A stretch of 32,000 nucleotides of DNA, from NCBI GenBank assembly GCA_017889345.1, contig JAGHEJ010000039.1:2147-34146 (forward strand), written 5' to 3'. How positions within the stretch are numbered: position 1 is the stretch's first letter; each line of letters starts with the position of its first letter. The translations under genes and the position numbers were made by a program. This document shows, piece by piece, positions 27,875 to 32,000 of the stretch. The DNA is from Clostridiales bacterium (GTDB lineage: Bacteria > Bacillota > Clostridia > Clostridiales > Clostridiaceae). The notes below the pieces were generated by a model. The model ran no database searches, was not told the origin of the DNA, and saw only the letters and a program-made list of their open reading frames with translations.

Positions 27875-29650
27875 TTATATTTCCATTATAATCGGTAAAA
27901 TCATCGGACGTCTCTTCGTTTTCTCATACAAGAAATTTCTGAGTCTATCTTTAATATTTGATTTTAATGTTGACCAATCGGTTATTCCGTCCTCTTCACA
28001 ATCACGCAAAATTTCTTTTACAATATCTCTTATATTTTCAATAAGTCTCTCAGATTCACGTACATAAACAAATCCTCTTGAAATTATATCTGGACCTGCT
28101 ATTATGCTTCCAGTCTGACTATCAATAGTAACAACAACTGTTAAAACTCCATCTTGTGATAAATGTTTTCTATCTTTTAAAACAATATTTCCTACATCTC
28201 CAACACCTAAACCATCAACAAATATTTGACCTGATGGAACTGTACCTACTTTTGTTATAGAATTCTTTCTAATTTCTACAACTTCTCCACATTCCATAAT
28301 CATCATATTTTTCCTATCTATCCCAAGACTTGCTGCTAAATCTACGTGTTGTTTTAAATGTCTAAACTCTCCGTGTATTGGAATAAAAAATTTTGGTTTT
28401 GCAAGAGCAAGCATCAACTTTAATTCTTCTTGACAAGCGTGTCCTGAAACGTGAACTTTAGCTAACGATTCATAAATAACCTCTGCTCCACTTTTGAAAA
28501 GTTTGTTTATAACTTTTGATACGAGTTTTTCATTTCCTGGAATTGGTGTTGCAGATAATATAACAGTATCTCCTTGTGCAATCGAAACTTTCTTATGATC
28601 ACCTGATGCCATTCTTGCAAGGGCAGACATTGGTTCACCTTGAGTACCTGTTGTTATTATAACAATTTTTTCTGGTGCCCATCTATTAATTTCATCAATT
28701 CCGATTAATACGTTCTCATCAAATTGAATGTATCCAAGTTCTTTCGCTACTCCTGTAATATTTTCCATGCTTCTGCCTGATATAGCAACTTTCCTTCCAT
28801 ACATAGCAGCAGCATTTATAATTTGTTGTATTCTATGAACATTTGAAGCAAATGTCGCAACAATAATTCTTGACTTTGCTTTTCCAAAAATATCTTCAAA
28901 AGTTTTTCCGATTACTTTTTCAGAAATTGTATATCCTGGTTTCTCAACATTTGTACTTTCACCAAGCATACAGATAATTCCTTTTTTACCAAGCTCAGCA
29001 ATTCTTCCAAGATCAGCAATTTCTCCATCAATTGGCGTAAAGTCTATTTTAAAATCTCCAGTGTGAAATATTATTCCAATCGGCGTATGTATCGCTATAG
29101 AAACAGCATCTGCTATGCTGTGATTATTTTTTATAAATTCCATTGTTACACTACCAATTTTAACAATGTCTTTTGGCTTTACGACATTTAATTCAGCATA
29201 ATCAATATAATGCTCTTTTAATTTTACAGATAATATTCCAAGAGTCAATTTCGTTCCAAACACTGGAACATTTAATTGCTTTAAAATGTATGGCAACGCT
29301 CCTAAATGATCCTCATGACCATGAGTTAAAAATATCCCTCTAACTTTATCTTTATTTTTCACTAGATATGTTATATCAGGTATAACAAGATCTATACCAA
29401 ACATATCATCATCTGGAAACTTAAGTCCACAATCAATTACAAAAATATCATTTTTATATTCTATCGCTGTGATATTTTTTCCGACTTCATTTAATCCACC
29501 AAGAGGTATAATTTTTATAGCATTATTATCTCTTCTTTGTGCCCTCTCTTTTTTAAAAGTATTTTGCTCTCTTTTTGAATTGTTCACTCTCTTATTAGAA
29601 TTATTTTTAGAATCAACAACTTCTTTTTTTGACTCTAACTTCAAATCCAT
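27875..29650 (-). CDS. rnj: Ribonuclease J
   Basis: KIIPLGGLNEVGKNITAIEYKNDIFVIDCGLKFPD, TLGILSVKLKEH, THGHEDHLGALPY, IFHTGDFKID, SGHACQEELKLMLALAKPKFFIPIHGEFRHL. Confidence 0.96.
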   Translation of the reverse strand: MDLKLESKKEVVDSKNNSNKRVNNSKREQNTFKKERAQRRDNNAIKIIPLGGLNEVGKNITAIEYKNDIFVIDCGLKFPDDDMFGIDLVIPDITYLVKNKDKVRGIFLTHGHEDHLGALPYILKQLNVPVFGTKLTLGILSVKLKEHYIDYAELNVVKPKDIVKIGSVTMEFIKNNHSIADAVSIAIHTPIGIIFHTGDFKIDFTPIDGEIADLGRIAELGKKGIICMLGESTNVEKPGYTISEKVIGKTFEDIFGKAKSRIIVATFASNVHRIQQIINAAAMYGRKVAISGRSMENITGVAKELGYIQFDENVLIGIDEINRWAPEKIVIITTGTQGEPMSALARMASGDHKKVSIAQGDTVILSATPIPGNEKLVSKVINKLFKSGAEVIYESLAKVHVSGHACQEELKLMLALAKPKFFIPIHGEFRHLKQHVDLAASLGIDRKNMMIMECGEVVEIRKNSITKVGTVPSGQIFVDGLGVGDVGNIVLKDRKHLSQDGVLTVVVTIDSQTGSIIAGPDIISRGFVYVRESERLIENIRDIVKEILRDCEEDGITDWSTLKSNIKDRLRNFLYEKTKRRPMILPIIMEI

Positions 29651-29665
29651 TATTTAATAAACCTC

Positions 29666-30115
29666 CTATTGATTTTCACATTTACTGCAGATTCCTAAAA
29701 TTTTCAAATTATGATCAAGTATCTTAAAATTAAATTTATCTTCAACTCTCTTTTCAAGTTCTTCTAACAAATCTTCTTCAACTTCCATAATTTTATTGCA
29801 CTTAACACAAATTAAATGGTGATGCGTGTGTCTTTCATCAAAAGAAGATAACTCATATCTAATTATTCTATCATCAAAAATAAGTTTGCTAATAACCCCT
29901 AGTTCTTCGAATAATAATATTGTTCTATAAACTGTCGCAATTCCTACAGTATTATTTTTTTCATACACATACTTATAGATTTCATCTACCGTTAAATGTT
30001 TATCTCTATTTTCAATTATTATATTTAAAATACATTCTCTCTGAGCTGTTAGTTTGTAACCCTTTGATTTTAGATATATTTTTATCTCTTCAATATCTTT
30101 TAAATTTTTTTGCAT
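29666..30115 (-). CDS. Fur-family transcriptional regulator
   Basis: KLTAQRECILNIIIENRDKHLTVDEIY, VGIATVYRTILLFEELGVI, RYELSSFDERHTHHHLICVKCNKIMEVEE, CxxC near C-terminus. Confidence 0.93.
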   Translation of the reverse strand: MQKNLKDIEEIKIYLKSKGYKLTAQRECILNIIIENRDKHLTVDEIYKYVYEKNNTVGIATVYRTILLFEELGVISKLIFDDRIIRYELSSFDERHTHHHLICVKCNKIMEVEEDLLEELEKRVEDKFNFKILDHNLKILGICSKCENQ

Positions 30116-30156
30116 TAAAACTACTCCTTAGATTTTGAATCTAAATTTGTATTATA

Positions 30157-30570
30157 TTATTTGTTAGACATATTCAAATAATCCTGCAAAATTATTTGAG
30201 CTGCTATTTTATCAACAATATTTCTACGCTTCTTTCTTGACATATCTGCTTCTAACATAAAATTATTTGCTAAAACCGTAGTTAATCTTTCATCTATAAA
30301 TTCGATTTCAATTCCGTCTTGTAAAACTTGTTTTAAATCATCACAAAATTTTATAACTTTTTCTCCTTGAAAACCTATACTTCCATTCATATTTTTTGGA
30401 AGACCAACAACAACTTTAAATACAGAATGCTCTTTTATCAAATTATTTATGTACTCAATATCCCTATCATCTTCTACACGTTTATAGGTACATAATCCTT
30501 GAGCAATTATTCCCGAACTTATAGCGATACCAATATTTCTATCACCAATATCTAGCCCCATATATTTCAT
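30157..30570 (-). CDS. ruvX: RuvX/YqgF family (putative pre-16S rRNA nuclease/Holliday junction resolvase)
   Basis: MKYMGLDIGDRNIGIAISSG, VVGLPKNMNGSIGFQGEKV, FIDERLTTVLANNFMLEADMSRKKRRNIVDKIAAQIILQDYL. Confidence 0.95.
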   Translation of the reverse strand: MKYMGLDIGDRNIGIAISSGIIAQGLCTYKRVEDDRDIEYINNLIKEHSVFKVVVGLPKNMNGSIGFQGEKVIKFCDDLKQVLQDGIEIEFIDERLTTVLANNFMLEADMSRKKRRNIVDKIAAQIILQDYLNMSNK

Positions 30571-30598
30571 AATAAAACCTCTGATTTTAAAAATAAAA

Positions 30599-30628
30599 AT
30601 CCAAGTAAGCGAACATGCAAACTTGGAT
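30599..30628 (-). terminator. Probable terminator downstream of ireB
   Basis: Minus-strand atccaagt...acttggat followed by TTTTATTTTT. Confidence 0.7.
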
Positions 30629-30635
30629 AAATTAA

Positions 30636-30911
30636 TTACTTTTCTAAGTAAGTTTTCAACACTTCTTCTAATATCTCATCACGTTCAAGTTTACTTATTA
30701 ATGCTCTGGCTCCATTATAATTAGTGATATAAGTCGGATCACCTGATATAAGATAGCCTACCAATTGATTAATGGGTTTATACCCTTTTTCCTCTAAAGA
30801 ACGATATACTTCTTGTAAAATTTCTTTAGTATTTTGTTCCTTTAAACATTCTTCTTGTTTTTCAACTAAATCCCGATCATATTTTATATACATTGTAAAA
30901 TCTTTCTTCAT
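30636..30911 (-). CDS. ireB: IreB family regulatory phosphoprotein (DUF965)
   Basis: [58 protein letters not shown]. Confidence 0.95.
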   Translation of the reverse strand: MKKDFTMYIKYDRDLVEKQEECLKEQNTKEILQEVYRSLEEKGYKPINQLVGYLISGDPTYITNYNGARALISKLERDEILEEVLKTYLEK

Positions 30912-30999
30912 AATATCTACGACTTATTAAAAGTCACACGCACCTCCTCTTTCGGAGTCGTCTTAAGCTAATTATATAACAATAATTATCATTTGGCAA

Positions 31000-32000
31000 T
31001 TAAATAATTTCGTGTACTTTCTCAAGAGCTTCGCCTATTTTTGATATATTTGTTACAGATCCTTGTGCCATATCTTTACGACCTCCGCCATTACCATCAG
31101 CATATTTTAAAGACTCTCTAATTATTTTTCCACAATCTAATCCTTTTTCTACTGCACTTTTACTTGCCATACAAACAACATTTGCCTTTTCATTAATTAT
31201 TGACGCAACTATTACTATTCCACAATCTAATTTATCCTTAATCCTCGAACATATATCTCTTAATTGTTGAACTTCAATATCTTCAAAAACTTTTGCTACA
31301 ACTTTAACTCCATTTTTCTCTTTAGCATTTGCAATTATATGGTCTAAAACTTTTAATTTATTACTTGCCATTTGAGATTTAAGAGTTAATATTTCAGAAT
31401 TTTTAGTTTTAAGTTCGCTGATTAAATTCTTAACTTTGTTTAATATATCATTTTGTGAAGTTGCCTTAATATTGCTCGATACCTCATTTAAAATATTTCT
31501 ATTTTCTCTAAAAATATCAAACACATTGCTTCCTGTTGTAGCTTCAATTCTTCTAACACCTGAAGAAACAGAAGTTTCATTAAGTATTACAAAATTTCCA
31601 ATAAATCCTGTGTTAGATACATGAGTTCCTCCACACAATTCTATACTAAAATCTCCAACAAATAAAACCCTAACTTCATCATCATATTTCTCATCAAATA
31701 AAGCAATTGCACCACTTTCTTGTGCTGATTTTATATCCATGATTTCAGTTTTAACATTTATTTGGTTATATATACATTCATTTACAATTTTTTCAACTTT
31801 CTCTAACTCATCTTTAGTCAAAGCTTTAAAATGCGTAAAATCAAATCTTAATTTTTGATCATCTAAGTAAGAACCTGATTGCTTAACATGATCTCCAAGA
31901 ACTATTCTTAAAGCTTTTTGTAATAAATGTGTTGCAGTATGATTTCTACAAATTGATTTTCTTTTTAAAGAATCAACATTTAACTCAACAATTTCTCCTT
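31000..32000 (-). CDS. alaS: Alanine--tRNA ligase, C-terminal part (5' end outside window)
   Basis: Frame stays open to the window edge (EIVELNVDSLKRKSICRNHTATHLLQKALRIVLGDHVKQSGSYLDDQKLRFDFTHFKAL), HTATH editing motif, FSIELCGGTHVSNTGFIG, DHH-type C-terminal GGRKDMAQG region. Confidence 0.97.
   Translation of the reverse strand, partial: GEIVELNVDSLKRKSICRNHTATHLLQKALRIVLGDHVKQSGSYLDDQKLRFDFTHFKALTKDELEKVEKIVNECIYNQINVKTEIMDIKSAQESGAIALFDEKYDDEVRVLFVGDFSIELCGGTHVSNTGFIGNFVILNETSVSSGVRRIEATTGSNVFDIFRENRNILNEVSSNIKATSQNDILNKVKNLISELKTKNSEILTLKSQMASNKLKVLDHIIANAKEKNGVKVVAKVFEDIEVQQLRDICSRIKDKLDCGIVIVASIINEKANVVCMASKSAVEKGLDCGKIIRESLKYADGNGGGRKDMAQGSVTNISKIGEALEKVHEII

Noticed and set aside
1-32000. 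Search for CRISPR arrays, tandem repeats, transposases, integrases, att-like repeats, defence genes, retrons or phage genes
   Set aside because: No regularly spaced repeats or recognisable mobile/defence proteins seen by eye; the annotated genes account for nearly all of the window.

Overview
This is an AT-rich window, judged Clostridia/Tissierellia-like from gene content and composition (an inference, not a database result). It is mostly conserved chromosomal genes, almost all on the minus strand. In + coordinate order: the 3' end of an S41-peptidase-like gene; a frameshifted DUF4405 membrane-protein gene; a DUF4180 protein; spoIVA; gpsA; der; a phosphate locus (phoU, pstB, pstA, pstC, pstS, phoR, phoP); ylmD and ylmC; a heavy-metal P1B-type ATPase on the plus strand; the sporulation cluster sigG, sigE, spoIIGA, ftsZ; a GT2 glycosyltransferase; a PilT-family ATPase with altered catalytic motifs; sigK (uninterrupted, with pro-sequence); a class B PBP; and the alaS-ireB-ruvX-fur-rnj-ylbF-mltG-yrrM-U32 block. 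I found no CRISPR array, tRNA/rRNA, transposon, prophage or recognisable defence island. The observations most worth a second look are: (1) the PilT-like ATPase with an altered Walker A lysine, Walker B/catalytic region and His box, paired with a processive-type glycosyltransferase between ftsZ and sigK; (2) a one-base frameshift in an A5T6 run splitting the DUF4405 gene; (3) a candidate sigma-G/F promoter in front of sigG; (4) a strong stem-loop between pstS and pstC, plus 22-bp spaced PhoP-box-like repeats upstream of pstS; and (5) a nearly complete set of sporulation sigma genes. I do not see convincing evidence of a wholly new biological system; the PilT-like/GT2 pair is the closest candidate.
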